From the human T2T-CHM13v2.0 reference genome, Homo sapiens, in assembly GCF_009914755.1 (NCBI RefSeq), contig NC_060925.1: 64,000 nucleotides of DNA; one strand, 5' to 3'. Position numbers and translations under genes: made by a program. The notes beneath the pieces were generated by a model, which did no database searches, was not told where the DNA came from, and worked only from the letters and a program-made list of their open reading frames with translations. Shown here piece by piece: positions 32,033-47,189 of the stretch; position 1 is the first letter of the stretch; each line of letters begins with the position of its first letter.

Positions 32033-33109
32033 GTAGTGTCTTTTAAATGAAGTATCTCTAATTTTGCCACTCAGCATTTACCAGTCACCTGCCTTCCTGG
32101 TCCAAAGAAACTTTTTAAAAAAAGAGTTGGCAAATATCTGAAAATACAATTTATTTTTAAGAGCCAGGAATGAAGCTGAGGTTTGAGGGCTGGTTCAGTG
32201 TGTCTGAAACTGCGAAGCAGCCAGTGAGGTTACTTTCGCATCCCCTAGCTTTTACCTCTGCTCGTGAGATTCAGCATCTGCAGCTGTGGTCTGTGATAGC
32301 CGTGAATACAGTCTGTGTTTGGAGACCCACAGAGTCAGGGCAACATCTCCGTGCTGGGGGCCAAGAGGATAACGGCTGTTCTCTGGCTCTGGGAGGCAGC
32401 AGAGGTCACCTGTCCAGAGCCAGAGTTCCATGGGGGGCTCCAGGGCAGGAGGTCAAGGTATGTGTGAGGAAAGAACCCCAATTTCGAGCTGGACACACCT
32501 AGGCTCTGGTTCCAGCTTTGCCACTAATTTCACCAAGCGACCTTGGATGTTATTTAATATTCTTGGGCCTCAATTTCCCCATCTGTAAAAAGCATGTCAT
32601 AGTCAGGGTTGGGAGCAAGGCCCAGAGCTGGCTCAACATGGGTTGCTGTCCCCCAGCTCTCCGTCATGGCGCCTCGCTCTTTCTTTTTCATTTTCCCATT
32701 CGTTCGCCTTCCTCCTTCTCCCTTCTCCCTCCTGTTTGTCTCTCGACACCTCTACTTTCCTAGTGAGCACCCAGACTATTTTATTTTCCCTTCCTTTTCC
32801 TCTTTCTACCTCCCCTAACCACTGTCTTTATCTTTATCCTGCCGGGAACACACAGCAGCACCCCTGGTGTAGGCTTCAGAGCTGTGTACCTATGCCAGGA
32901 GAGGGGGTGCCAGCCTCCCTCCTGGAATCACACACACGGGGGTGGCCTGGGACCAGGGACTCAACACGGTGCAGGTGGCCGGCACCATGGGAGATGGAAT
33001 GTTCCACCCGAGTCCTCCCTTTGCCTGGTACCCCAAAGAGCTTGGGCTGTGCCCAGAGTGAGTCACCAGAGAGCCTGGCCCCAGGCTCAGCAGCTGGCGT
33101 AGGAGGGAG

Positions 33110-33155
33110 GAGGGGCCTCCCCAAGAAGGAATGAGGGGCCTCCCCAAGAAGGAAT
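33110..33155. repeat. Exact 23-bp tandem duplication GAGGGGCCTCCCCAAGAAGGAAT x2
   Basis: Direct sequence. Confidence 0.9.
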
Positions 33156-33489
33156 GGCAGAGCAGGGAGAGGCCGCGGGGAGGGAGAAAAACCCCGCAGA
33201 GGGTGCTCTTACCTCTGGCCCGTCCTCCCCAGGGCCACCTGTCCCCTCAAGGCGGCTGCCCCCTCTGTGTCCTGGCACAAAGTTGGGAGATGGAGTGGCA
33301 GAGCCTGCCCTGGGCTTCTCAGCAGTGCACAGCTCAGAGCACACTTTAGAGTCAGCCAGCCCTGAGTCCAGGGCTCTCTGACCCTTCGTGTTGTCACCTG
33401 TAGCATGGGGGGGCAGCAGTACCCCTTCCCAGGGCAGCAGGGAAGATAAGATGAGGGAGCGCAGGTAAAAGGTGGGCAGCCCACCCCAG

Positions 33490-33664
33490 CACACAGCCGA
33501 TCCCGGCACACAGCCGATCCCGGCACACAGCCGATCCCGGCACACAGCCGATCCCGGCACACAGCCGATCCCGGCACACAGCCGATCCCGGCACACAGCC
33601 GATCCCGGCACACAGCCGATCCCGGCACACAGCCGATCCCGGCACACAGCCGATCCCGGCACAC
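33490..33664. repeat. Perfect 17-bp tandem repeat CACACAGCCGATCCCGG x10.3
   Basis: Direct sequence; no mismatches between units. Confidence 0.97.
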
Positions 33665-33899
33665 TGCTGGCAGCAGTGAGGGGAGCTCTTCAACATCACC
33701 AGAACCCTCTGCCCTGAGAAAGGGGCTCCTGGGCCGACAGGGAAGGTCTGCCTCCTACTCTGGAGGGGCCGCTTGGGGACAGGCCCGGGCTGTCTCCTCA
33801 CAGCCACCTGCTTCCTGTCCTCTGCCTGTCTCCTGCCCCATCTGGCCGCTGCTCATCCAGGAAGGTCGGAGATGTCGGGCCCTCCCACCTGGGTCACGC

Positions 33900-34127
33900 G
33901 CTAGGCATGCCTGAGAGCAAAGGCCACGCCCCGACACCCCACGGGGCCCTGGCGCGCCAGGCTTCTCAGCCCTGCGGCGGCAGTGCATAGCTCTGGCACG
34001 CGCTGCACCAACTTCCTGTTGGGTGCTGTGGTCCCAAGGCGCGTGCTTTGCAGCAGATGTGTGACCTGGCGTTCCCCTGAGTGCTCGGAAAATGGCCTTG
34101 TCTCCGGTCGTTCCCGTTCAGGAGCAG
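33900..34127 (+). other. KCNAB2: Probable internal KCNAB2 promoter / alternative non-coding first exon
   Basis: Local CpG enrichment at 33860-34160 and donor CAG|GTACCT at 34127/34128 (weak). Consistent with recalled multiple KCNAB2 first exons. Confidence 0.5.
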
Positions 34128-34899
34128 GTACCTGGGGTGCTCCGGGGATCCCGTTGTCTAGGATGGGTTTTCTGTCTGACGGGTGGGCAGCCTCAGCTCC
34201 CTGAGCAGGGCTTAGGTCCCCCGTAATGTCCAGGGTTAATTGTGCCAGCCTGAACCCCTGAGCCCCGCATGCCCGCCTAGGGATTGGCCTCAGCCTGGGG
34301 TGAGCTGACCCCAAAGACACCCTGCCCAACGCAGCCCGGCCCTTCACTGCTTCCTGTTGCTGCTGCTGGACAGAGTGGGCCTGGCACCCAGCAGAGATGT
34401 CTGACGGCCGCACATTCTCCCCTGGCTTCTGCCTTCATCCCTGGGATGATGTTGAGGGAGACGCCGGAAGATGGAGAGCCATGTGGGGCCACCTCTGTCC
34501 CTCTGCAGGGGGCAGGGCTGGCAGCTCCTGGGGAGAGCCCTGCCCATCTTGTCTGCTGTCTCTCGGGAGGCCCTGGCCTGGGGATTCCCATCTCTGAGTG
34601 GAAGGCGCGAAGGCCCCTGCCTTGAACATGGATGGCGTGGGTCCCCAGTCCCTCCTCTCTCCCCTCCCCCTTGGGGCTGAGCACAGGGCAGTGGTGGGGG
34701 ATAAAGACCCCTCAGAACACTTCCCCACCCTGCAACCCCTTGCACAGCCCTGAGTCACTGTCCCAGAGGGGAGGGCAAGGGGCTCCCTGGTGATGGCTTC
34801 CTGCGTCCCCTCTCACTTGCCTCCTCCATTTCCCCTGGGCAGGATATGGGTGCAGGGTGTGGTCTTGGAGGGAGGAGGCTGTAAGCCTCCTGGGGGACA

Positions 34900-34901
<2 letters not shown>

Positions 34902-34940
<39 letters not shown>
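34902..34940. repeat. (TG)n microsatellite
   Basis: Direct sequence. Confidence 0.95.
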
Positions 34941-34941
<1 letters not shown>

Positions 34942-36699
34942 ACGGCTGAAGGGAGGAGGCCGGGGGCCTGGGTGTGCGGCTATGGGGACTGAACTGTCGA
35001 GGGCTCCTGCTGCCTCCGCAGGGGACAGGCCCTGCCAGCTACTGAGTGAGCAGCCTGCGGCAGCCCTGACTCACTGCGGGTCGTGCCGTCTGTGCAGCAC
35101 TGGGGTACCCACCACCCAGTGCCAGGTGAGCGGCCCTGCACGGCACCGTAGTTTCCACCTGTGGTCACTGAGAGGCAGGATGGAGCTAGGGCAGGCATGG
35201 GAATTTTTTGGCTGTGGTCTATTTTTTGTTCATTGCAGCATTGATTACATGTGAATGTGGACTGTTCTTGCAAAAGTCTAGACCTGTCGTATTTGTAATC
35301 AGGGAACAGGCATTGAACGTTGCTTTGAAGAGATTGAAATTTCTAGCTTGTGATCTTCTTGAAAATTGTTAATGAGGCGTTGATGTGATGTACCATCAAA
35401 TGCTCCGTTCGGCAGTCATGACCTTGGGCACCGTGGTTAGGTCCCAATGCTTCTGCTGTTGACTGAACCATGTGACATCTGTCGCCGTGCCACTGGTCCC
35501 CTCGGCTCAGGCCTCAGGAGATTGGAGGAGAGACTGAGGTTTCTCTGTGACAAACACAGGGAATCCTGACTGGGATCTCCAATCTCTAGTAAGGTTTGCA
35601 CAGTTCTTCTCCTCGCATTTCTTTGGCTGCATCTGAGCCAAAGTCTGGATGGAGCTGTCGGGGAACTGGGTTATGTTGACCTCCCAACCCCTGCCCACCC
35701 TCTGGGGTGTCCTTCTGACAAATGGGCCTTTCTTCCAGATCCCCATCATGACCCACCAGGCCAACGGCCCCCTAGGGTCTTGACCCCAGTGCACTCAGAG
35801 TCAGCACCTGCCTTCGTTGCAGCATTGACCCTCTGCCATCAGATCCCACCCAGGGAAGGAATGGGCTCCTGTGTGGGCGCCTGGCTTCTGGGTGAGAGGG
35901 GAAGTGTGTGTTGTGTAAGTGCCCTTCTGTGTCATGCGGTTTTGAGCAGTTATACCTCTTCCTGTCTCCGCTGGAAGCACAGTCACTGCCATGGCTCCTC
36001 TAGGCTCTGGCACGCAGAACAAGCAGACCATGGTTTTGTGTTATACAGTAGTCACGGCAGATACTTCGGGGGCTTGGCAGGGGGGACCTCCGGGGTTCCA
36101 GAAGCAACATGCAAAATAACATCAGTTCAACAAGCAGGTGCTGGAGTCCTCGCCCCGAGGCCTTCCGGAAGACACCCAGGACGTCACACCTAGCCCAGAA
36201 CAGCCCCCCTCTCTCCATCCCTTCTGCGATGTTCACTAGGCATTACCACATGCTGGTGGCCGCTCTGGGTGCGGGGTTACATCCGTGAAGGAAAGAGATG
36301 AAGCTCCCTGCCCAGAGGAGCTGACCTCCCAGCAGTCTTACAGGATATGGTTACAGAGGTGAATCTGGGGGAGAGTCCATCGTTGGTGTTGCTCCACTGA
36401 CCTCCAGGATGGCCTCCAGGGACCCCGCCTCCTGGTGGCCACTGTCCCCATCGTATTAGAGTTGGCCTTTTGAAAGCTGTGAGTCCAAGTTGCCTGGCAA
36501 ATAGATAAGGAATACAAGGTGATCATTCTTAAGACCTCGGGGATCTGCAAACCAGCCTTCTGGAACCTTTGAGCTTCCAGGATGATTCGGAATTTGGATG
36601 CAGCCACAGAAAGCCTAAGCGCCACAAGTCCCGCCATGACGCCCTGAGGCGTGGGTTCACACTTGGGTGTGGCTGGTCACGTCTATAAAAATGAGCCTT

Positions 36700-36968
<269 letters not shown>

Positions 36969-38115
36969 ATGAGCCTTTTCTGGGAAAGTGGAAAAGACAG
37001 AGAAGCCTCCTGACAGCCAAGGAGACCAGCAGCCAGTAGAGCAGGTGTTGTAACAAGGCCGAGGACCCTCAGACACCAATTTTGCTGGTAAGACCGCTGC
37101 CCAGGATGCACCGTACAAGAGCAGCTTCACCTGCCTTCATGCAGATGGCACAGATGTCCAGGAAGCAGCTGTGGTCAGTGACTCCCCAGGAGTCACACCC
37201 AGACCTGGGGCCAGAGCCATCCCTGCACCTCTGCCTGATGTGACACCAGGGCGGGGCACAGGCTAGTCCCAGCTCCTGCAGCCCCCGCTGCACACCCCTA
37301 CCTGTTAGCACACTGAGTCCTCCCTCATTATCATCCCATTTTACAGATGGAGAAACTGACACAGGGAAGGCTGAGAGAATTGCCCAAGGTCATAGACCAG
37401 CACATGGCAGAGCCAGTGCCAACTCCAAAGCCCAGATCCGAACCACTGAGTGGGCCTAACCTCCTTCCCAGGAACCCAGACTGATCACCTCAGGTCACCC
37501 AAAGGGGATGGAATAGTGTCATCAACCAGCTCCCAAAGAAGATCAGAGCATGTGCAGTCAGCACTGGCAAGATTTCAGCTTAGAGAGAGATCCTCTCCAG
37601 CCTCAAAGTACCGACTTTGGATCAAGACTTCTCACTAAAGGAAGGTTCCGGCCAGCTCAAATTTTTTGTACTCCAGAATCTGCAATAAAGAGACAGATAA
37701 TGTCTTTTGCAGAAACTGGAAGTAGGTTTCCAGGTACCCACTGGACTTATAATTCAATGTTTATAAGTATGACCCTGGAGATTAAATCAAAGCAGAACTT
37801 GCTCCCTGGAGCCCTGGGGTTAAGCGCTAAGATGAATTCTGTATAATGATGCTGCTGGTAGCTACAGCGAGCATTTATTTATCATGCACTCATGGAGCAG
37901 CTGGTTCCATGTCACAGAGAAGCTGGGGTTGCCTGGTCCAGGTGGGGTGGCTCTTGCATATGTAGCAGGGTGGACTGGGGCGTGCCTGTCCCATGATCAT
38001 GGCAGAGGTTCAGGGGCAAGTCTCCTGTGACTGAGACATCTGATCACCTTCCGGTGGCCAAAGCAAGTCACATGGTTGCACAGGAGCGCAAGGCTAGGAA
38101 TTCACCCCTCCAACG

Positions 38116-38622
38116 TGTGTGTGTGTGTGTGTGTGTATGTGCATATGTACGTGTGTCTGTGCATTGTGTATATGTGTTATGTATGTATGTGTGTATGTGT
38201 GTGTGTGTACATATGTGTGTATGTGTGTATGTCTATGTGTGTATGTGTGTAGGTATGTTTGTATGTGTATGTATCTGTATGTGTGTAGGTATGTGTGTAT
38301 GTGTGTGTAGGTATGTGTATATGTATGTACGTGTATAGGGGTGTGTGTATGTGTGTTTGTGTGTATGTGTGTGTGTATGTGTGTAGGTATGTGTATGTTT
38401 ATGTGTGTTTATGTGTGTATATGTGTGTATGTGTACGTGTGTGTAGATATGTGTGTGTATGTGTGTAGGTGTGTAGGTGTGTGTGTATATGTGTGTATGT
38501 GTAAGTATATGTGTGTAGGTATGTGTGTGTATGTATGTGTAGGTGTGTGTATGTATGTGTAGGTGTGTGTATGTGAATAGGTATGTTTGTATGTGTAGGG
38601 GTGTGTGTGTGTGTGTGTGTGT
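38116..38622. repeat. TG/TATG-rich alternating purine-pyrimidine tract
   Basis: Direct sequence. Confidence 0.95.
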
Positions 38623-39279
38623 TGGGAGAGGCAGCAAAGTCACACAGCAAAGGACATGGATGCTGGGAGAAGTGAGGCATTGGGTGTCAGTAACTCCACC
38701 TCCCATACCCTTATGCCCTCCCTATGCAAATCAGGTGCCAGCTCCATCAACCAGAACATGTGGGTAACCATAACAGGTTGTCCCCACACCAGGTCAAATC
38801 AGAAAGTGTCTTCTATTATTTTGTGTCTCTGTCCTTGACTCCTGGGCTCAGTCCTGACCTTTCCTTGTGGTTTCTTGGCTTAAGCCATTCATTTATTTCC
38901 TTCTCTCACCTGGGTGCACTGACTTCTTCCCATCTCATGCAAGCAGCTCAGGTGGCTCCGACAGGGTACAGATTCCCTTTGATGCTGAGGTTGAAGGAAT
39001 CAGAGACAGTGCCCCCAAAGCTCCTACTCAGACCTCCCAGGGCACATTTGCGCCCAATATAATAGTCATTTACCATTAACTCCAACAGAGAAATTGTGGT
39101 CCCAGGCCCCCCATTCTGCAGATGAGAAAACTGAGGCTCCAAGAGAGGCCCTCGCCTTGGTTGGCTGTGCCCCCGGGAGTTTTGCTCCATTTATCCATTT
39201 AGTCTGGGGCTGCTCTTCCTTGTGTGTCCTTGCCTAGAATTATGTATGGGTCCACCTTTTCCAAAAATCTGCCAGCCCT

Positions 39280-39580
39280 GGCCGGGTGCAGTGGCTCACG
39301 CCTGTAATCCCAACCCTTTGGGAGACTGAGGCAGGAGGATGGCTTGAGCCCAGGAGTTTGAGACCAGCCTGGGCTGCAGAGTAAGGCCTCATCTCTATTA
39401 AAAAAAAAAAAAAATAGCCAGGCTGGGTGGCACACATCTCTGATCCCAGCTAATTGGGAGGCTGAGGTGGAAGGATCCCTTGAGCCCCATAGGTCAGGGC
39501 TGCAGTGAGCCGTGATCATGCCACTGCACTCCAGCCTGGGGAACAAAGCAAGACCCTGTCTCAAAAAAAGAAAGAAAGAG
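39280..39580 (+). mobile_element. AluJ
   Basis: Full dimer with A-rich tail. Confidence 0.92.
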
Positions 39581-39972
39581 AGAGGGGCATGGGGCAGCGT
39601 GGAGAGGAAACTGCCAGCCCTAAATCTCATGACTTAGGCTTGCCCCAGGAGCCAGAGTCCCATAAAGGGGCACTATGGGCCTTCCATCAGTCCCTGAAAG
39701 AGTCTCACCAGCAATGCCTTCCTGGGGCTATGGCTTTGATGACAGTTCAAGACCCCCAGGATCCCTTTCTGTGTTTAAACAAACTTGGCTTCCTGTCCTC
39801 TCACCAACTCTTGCATTCAGAGCTCAAACTGGCAACATACTTGGCCTTTCTAGAAAAACTGCAGTTGAGAAAACACCTCCACTGAGGGGTCATAGGGGAA
39901 CCGAATATTCACACAGCCTTCAAGAACCTCCCCTGTGATTCCTGGTTAATCATGAAAAAAAGAAAGAGCAGT

Positions 39973-40471
<499 letters not shown>

Positions 40472-40856
40472 CTAAATTGAATCCTGAAGCTACAATCAGA
40501 CAAATCCAAAGCAAGGGACTGTCAGCAGGACAGATGACCTAAACGTTTCAAAAAAGGTCAATGTCATAAAAAACAAAAATGAAAAATATGGGGGGTTGCT
40601 TCTAGATTGAGAGAGATGAGAGAGAAATAACCAATGCCATTTGTGAGCCTTGAATGGATCCCAGATTTTTGTAAAGCTGTAGGAGTTATTTTTGGAATAA
40701 TTGGGAACACCTAATAGAGGATCAGGCGATATTGAACTAAGTATCTTAGGTACAATGCTGGTGCTGTGGTTAAGACAAAATTCTCAGATGAGTGCTGAGG
40801 TATTGAGGGGTGGAGCTCAGGGGATTGCTACGCACTTTCAAACAGTTCAGAGAAAA

Positions 40857-41190
40857 GTGTGTGTGTGCATGTGCGTGTGTGTGCATGTGGGTGTGTGCGC
40901 ATGTGTGCATGTGGGTGTGCGTGTATGTGTGTGTGTGCCTGTGTGCATGTGCGTGTGTGGGCATGTGGGTGTGCATATGTGTGTGTGCATTGCATGTGTG
41001 CCTGTATTGTGCATGTGTGTGTGTGCGTGTGGGTGTGTGTGCATATGTGTGCGTGTATGTGTGCATTGCATGTGTGCCTGTATGTGTGCATGTCTGTGCA
41101 TGTGGATGTGGTGTGCGTGTGTGTGCCTGTGCATATGTAGGTGTGTGCCTGTGCATGTATGCATGTGTATGTGTGTACATATGTGTGTGG
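40857..41190. repeat. TG/TGCA-rich simple repeat, probably inside an old L1 fragment
   Basis: Direct sequence; flanks are A-rich and L1ME-like. Confidence 0.9.
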
Positions 41191-41999
41191 AGAGAGGAAA
41201 AGGGGAAGAGAGGAGCGGGAATGCATACAAGTGAGACAAGAGGTAAACAATTGGTGTATGATTGCGATCAAGAGTATATGGGTATTTATTGCTATTCTAA
41301 TTATTTCCACTTTTATGAGGTTTGAAAGTTTTCAAAGTAGTGAGTTGGTAGGAAGAAAGAAAATGCCCAAAGAGGGAGCCTACCGACCTTCCTGGGTCCC
41401 CTGTCCTTGTCAGCCAACCACGTAAAGGGAAAGAGCTAGGATTTAATGACCGGATTCCTTCCTGGGCTCCAAGCATTTTCACATCTTGCTTCTCATTGCT
41501 CCGTGAGAAGTTGGGCAGGCCTTTCTAAATGCTCCATGCTTCAGTTTCTCCAAATCTAAATCCGGAAGATTTGCTCCAGGTCACACGCAGACCAAGTGGA
41601 AGTGGAGCTGATGGGAGGGACCTAGCCTGTGGGCTCCCTGCTTGGACCCTGGGCCCTGCACCCCGTCAGCTGCTAGGCTCCCCTCTTGGGTCTGGTGTGT
41701 TGGTTTCTGAAGCCTGTTCTCCCAAGTCCCGGAGGTGTCAGGGATCCCGGGGCCACCCAGCTTAGCTGTGCCTGCCTCCCTCTGCGCTAAAGGAGCCACT
41801 GTGCCAGCCTGGAACTCACGGCATCCCCTTTAGGATGTTGGCTCCACAGGGATTGGCTCCTTGGCAGATGCAGTCGCTCCTGATTGGACAGTGGTGTCTG
41901 CAGCTCGACAAGGTGGACTCTGGGCCAGTCGGCTCTGCCTGTGTGTCTTGCGTCCTGAAATGCAAAGCAGGGGCTGTGGGGAAATCTCACCAACCCCTC

Positions 42000-42467
42000 C
42001 TCCCCTGGGAGGTGGCAAAGGTGGTGGACTGGGCTGCTGGGACCCTGGGGAGGAATGAAACAGAGCTGTGTTGATGGCCTGCAGTTCCTTGTAATGTGGT
42101 CATCAAACGGTGTACAGTTCCCGTCTGTGGCTGCAGGCTGGAGAGCTGACTGCTGGCACAGATACAGCCTGACCTCGGGTCAACACTTCTCGGAGTCCAG
42201 AGGGGTGGGGAGTGGGACAGGTGGCCTCCCAGGGACGCCTCCCTGAGTGGCCAGTGGTGCCGCTTGTCCCTGCACCTGTAGCTGCCCTGAGCACCCCCAC
42301 TGGACACAGTGGGCATTGCACCCTCCGGAGAAAGCTGCCCTTGTTCCACGTGCGAGCCCTGTCCCCAGCGCCATGGGCTGTGCTACCTGCAGTAACGCAG
42401 ACTGCGAGCCCCGGCTGCCTCTCCAGTGCTCTCTCTCCTCTGGCCTTCAGCAGGCTGGGTCACAGAG
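42000..42467 (+). other. KCNAB2: Possible further alternative non-coding first exon of KCNAB2 (start uncertain)
   Basis: Donor-like GAG|GTATCC at 42467/42468. Support is mostly recall of KCNAB2 transcript structure. Confidence 0.3.
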
Positions 42468-42473
42468 GTATCC

Positions 42474-43870
42474 ATCCACTCATTCATTCACTCAACAAAT
42501 ATCTGTTCCATGTCTACTAGGTGCCAGGCACAGCTGGGAACCAGCAGACAAAACTCCCTGCTTTCCCGGAGCCGGCATCTTGGTGGGCAGACAGCATAAG
42601 CGAGACGAGTAGGTGGAGGAGAAGGCGTGTGAGCAGGTGACAGGCGCTGGGGAGAAACAGCCCAGGGGAGGGACCAGGGAGTGTGGGGGAGACGGGGACT
42701 GCGATGAAAGGGAGGCGTCCAGGGAAGACCTCCATGAGAAGGTGACCTTGGCATAAAGAGGCAAACGTGGGAGCATGCTCAGGCAGACCACGGTGGTCAG
42801 AAGTTGAATTCAGGCCGGAGGAGGAGGAGTGCATGAAGCCCTGAGGTGGGAGTGAGTCTGTCTGCTGGGTTCACAGACCCCCCAGGGAGCCAGTGTGGCA
42901 GGGGCCAGTGTGTGAGGGGCTCAGCGGGGGATGTGGCTAGAAAGGTTGTGGACCCACTGTTGAGATTGGACTTTGGCTCTGAATGGAATGGAAGCCATTG
43001 GAAGGTTTGGAGTGAAGCAGTGACATAATCTGACTTATGTTCTGGGAGGATCACCCTGGCCGCGTAGAGTCTGCCGGCGGGGGTGGAGGTGGGCGCAGGG
43101 AATGCTGTGAGGAGCAGCATGAGAGCCGGTGGCAGCTGGGCAGGAGAGGAGACAGGGAGAGGCACGGGGCCCCTGGCCCAGGGATGGATTGGATGTGGGA
43201 GGCGGGACGTGGGAGGAAGGGAGGAGTCGGGGTGACTCCCGGGAGTGGGACTGACACCTGGGAGGGTGGGGAGCTCGTTACTCATCTGGGGCCACCCTGG
43301 GAAGAACTGGGCTGGGGGTGAGGGCAGTCGGGAGCTCAGTGTCTGACCCAGGAATCCGAGGCACACGTTCCCCACCCTCATAGCTGAGCCACACAGGCAG
43401 GAAATAAACAGCTCTGGGGTTCAGGGGAGTGGTAGAGGGGGTGGGGTCTGCAGCATGGGGACGGGGTTCAGAGCCACGAGATGGGTGGAAATCTGAGGGG
43501 CTTTGTGGGGATGGAAAAGAATATATTCAAGAGCTGAGCAAGGGCAGCCACTGGAGGACAGCGATGAGCAGGAAGAAGCCCAGGAGACTGAGAAGGAGTG
43601 GCTGGAGGGATGAGAGGGGAGCGTGGAGTCCTGGGAGCTGGGGAAGCCGCAGGCAGCACCTCTGTCACCCCGATACGATGGGCACCGCTGGACCTAGCAA
43701 CGAAGAGGTCACCGCAACCTTGGCAAGTGCAGTTTCCACGGAGTGGTGAGGGCAGAGGCTGATTGGAGTTGGTTTATAAGCCGGAAGAAGAAGAGGAATC
43801 GCAGATAAGTGAAGGAAAACTTTTTGAGGAATTTTCTCAAATGGAAGGCGAGAAACAGTGGAGAAGAAAG
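42474..43870 (-). mobile_element. L2 LINE remnant
   Basis: CATTCATTCACTCAACAAATAT...GTGCCAGGCAC L2 3'-end signature, followed by purine-rich L2-like body. Confidence 0.7.
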
Positions 43871-43878
43871 TGGGTCTA

Positions 43879-44440
<562 letters not shown>

Positions 44441-44536
44441 TCAGGGGTCTGGGAAGCAGCAGTGGCAGCTGAGGGTGGGGTGGGAAGGGAGGAGCAGCGA
44501 GGTGTCCCCTGAACCTGGGAGAGAGGATGCCGTAGA

Positions 44537-44765
44537 GCAGGTGCCCATAGACTCTTTCTGTAAAGGACCAGATAGTAAATAATTTAGGCTTTGCCAGCCA
44601 GCCAGTCTCTGTTGCAGCTCCTCAGCCCTGCCCTTGGAGCCCAGAAGCAGCCTGAGAGGATTCGTAAACAGGCATGGAGGTGTTCTAATGAAACTTTATT
44701 TACAAAAATAGGCAGCAGGCTGGCTCTGGCCTGCTTAGACTCCTGGCCCTCAACCTCGCCTCTAG
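44537..44765 (+). mobile_element. MER58A-like element (followed by a MER5A-like fragment to ~44900)
   Basis: TTTCTGTAAAGGACCAGATAGTAAATA...AAACTTTATTTACAAAAATAGGCAGCAGGCTGG. Confidence 0.75.
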
Positions 44766-45537
44766 GCCAGGGGTCTTCAAAGCATGGTCCCTGGGCCTGC
44801 AGCATCAGCGTTACCTGGAACTTGTGGGAAATGCAGATTCTTGGACCCCCACCCTATGTTCATGGAACCAGTGACTCAGTCCCTGCACTGTTTTCCAACC
44901 CAAGTTGAGTTTGTGATTCCGGAATTCTGGAAGTTAGCTCAGCACCTAGACCCAAGAGAGAGTGAAGTGTGGGGTGGGCTACATGCCCTGTTAAAGGCAC
45001 AGGCATCCCAGCCCCCATCCCCTTCTGCAAGGCTGTGTGAGGACATCCTGCCTCCCGTGGGCCATGTTTGCTTATGCAGCATCCATGGGAGGGCTCCCTG
45101 GGGACGGGCTGTGGTGATGACTCTGCTCTCAGCAGAACCCTCCACTCTGAAGCCCTGGTTTCCTGTCCACGTCCCTCAGCTACTCAGGGGAGCCTGGGGG
45201 CAGGAACTCCATTGCTTGTAGGGGAGCCTCCCACAGCAGCAGGGCTCAGCCAGTGTTCCATGCAAGAAGAAATGCACTGTCCTCCGATCGAAAGCACAGC
45301 ATCTTTAGGAGTTTAACGACAGTTTTTTAACGACTTTAGTGAGATGATTTGATTTCCTGCCTCTGAGTCATCTAAGAGCAAAATGCGTGAGCTGCTAATG
45401 GGCTCAAAGAGAGGCTGCCTTTGAGGCCCCTCCAGCCCCCCAGTGCTGCAGGGATTCAATCACCCCAAAGCCAGGTAACCAGCCTTGGCCTCCCAAAGTT
45501 CTGGGATTACAGGCATGATCCATCGTGCCTGGCCTGA

Positions 45538-45850
<313 letters not shown>

Positions 45851-45954
45851 CAAATGAGGGTCTTTAAGAATAAAACTCCAGGGGATCGTCACCAAGCCCC
45901 ACCACTTCCTCTGAGGTTAGCATAGTGCTGGATCTTCTCTGCATCTTCTGTCCT

Positions 45955-46265
<311 letters not shown>

Positions 46266-47189
46266 GGCTGGTCCCATTTTACCAGCAGGTCTACACATGT
46301 GCTCACATCGCTCACTCAGAGGAGACCTCCGTTATTAGGGGGACCTAGACCTGTGCTGCCTTGACCCCAGGGACAGAGGTTGTTTGGGAATCCCCTCCCT
46401 TACTTTGATTTCTTCCGAGGAAGCCGGCTTCCTGGTGACGGGAGGTCACTGTTCTGGGGAAAAAGAGTGGGAAAAACAAAGCCAATCAGCCACTTGGCTA
46501 AGTGTCAGGTTTCCCAACAACTTCATGGGTTGCTGTGGATGGGCGGGGCTGTTTTGAGCCCAGACCATCCCTTTGCCTGTGGGTGTGGGACCACGTGATT
46601 TTGGATCAGGGGTCATTTGTCCTTCCAGAAGCCAAGCCCTGTTCCAGGCATGGGGGTGCAGCAGTGAGTGAGACCCACAGAACCACTGCCCTCCTGGAAC
46701 ACACCCCCCCCAGAGAGGGAACTGGGGCACCACAGACCCGTGTGCAGGCAGCAAGGGCGTGGTGTCGGCCGGGGAGCAGCAGGGACCCCTGAGCCCCACA
46801 GTCGGGGCTCATGGCGCTGAGAAGCACTGCAGCAAGGGCGCAGCCAGTAGGAGAGGAGCCGCAAGCGCAAGCATCCGCAGACAGTGTGAGCTCAGCGTGC
46901 TGGGAAGGCGGGGGCCTGGGTCAAGGGCCAGGCGGCAGAGCATAGGGGCCTGGGGGGGCAGTGCCTAGGAGTGGGAGGAAAGAGCATGGGACCAGATTCA
47001 CTTTGGAAATAGAAGCCCCCAACCAGCAGCCAGCCAGGTGGAGGAAGGCGTGCAGAGCTGAGAGGGTTCAGGAGGCGGTGGGGGGAGCCACTGGGAGGGG
47101 ACCCAGGGGTTCAGGTGAAAGACAGCAGTGGCTCAGCCCAAGGGTGGCAGCCAGAGATGTGGGTGGACGGCTGGATATTGGCAGCCATA

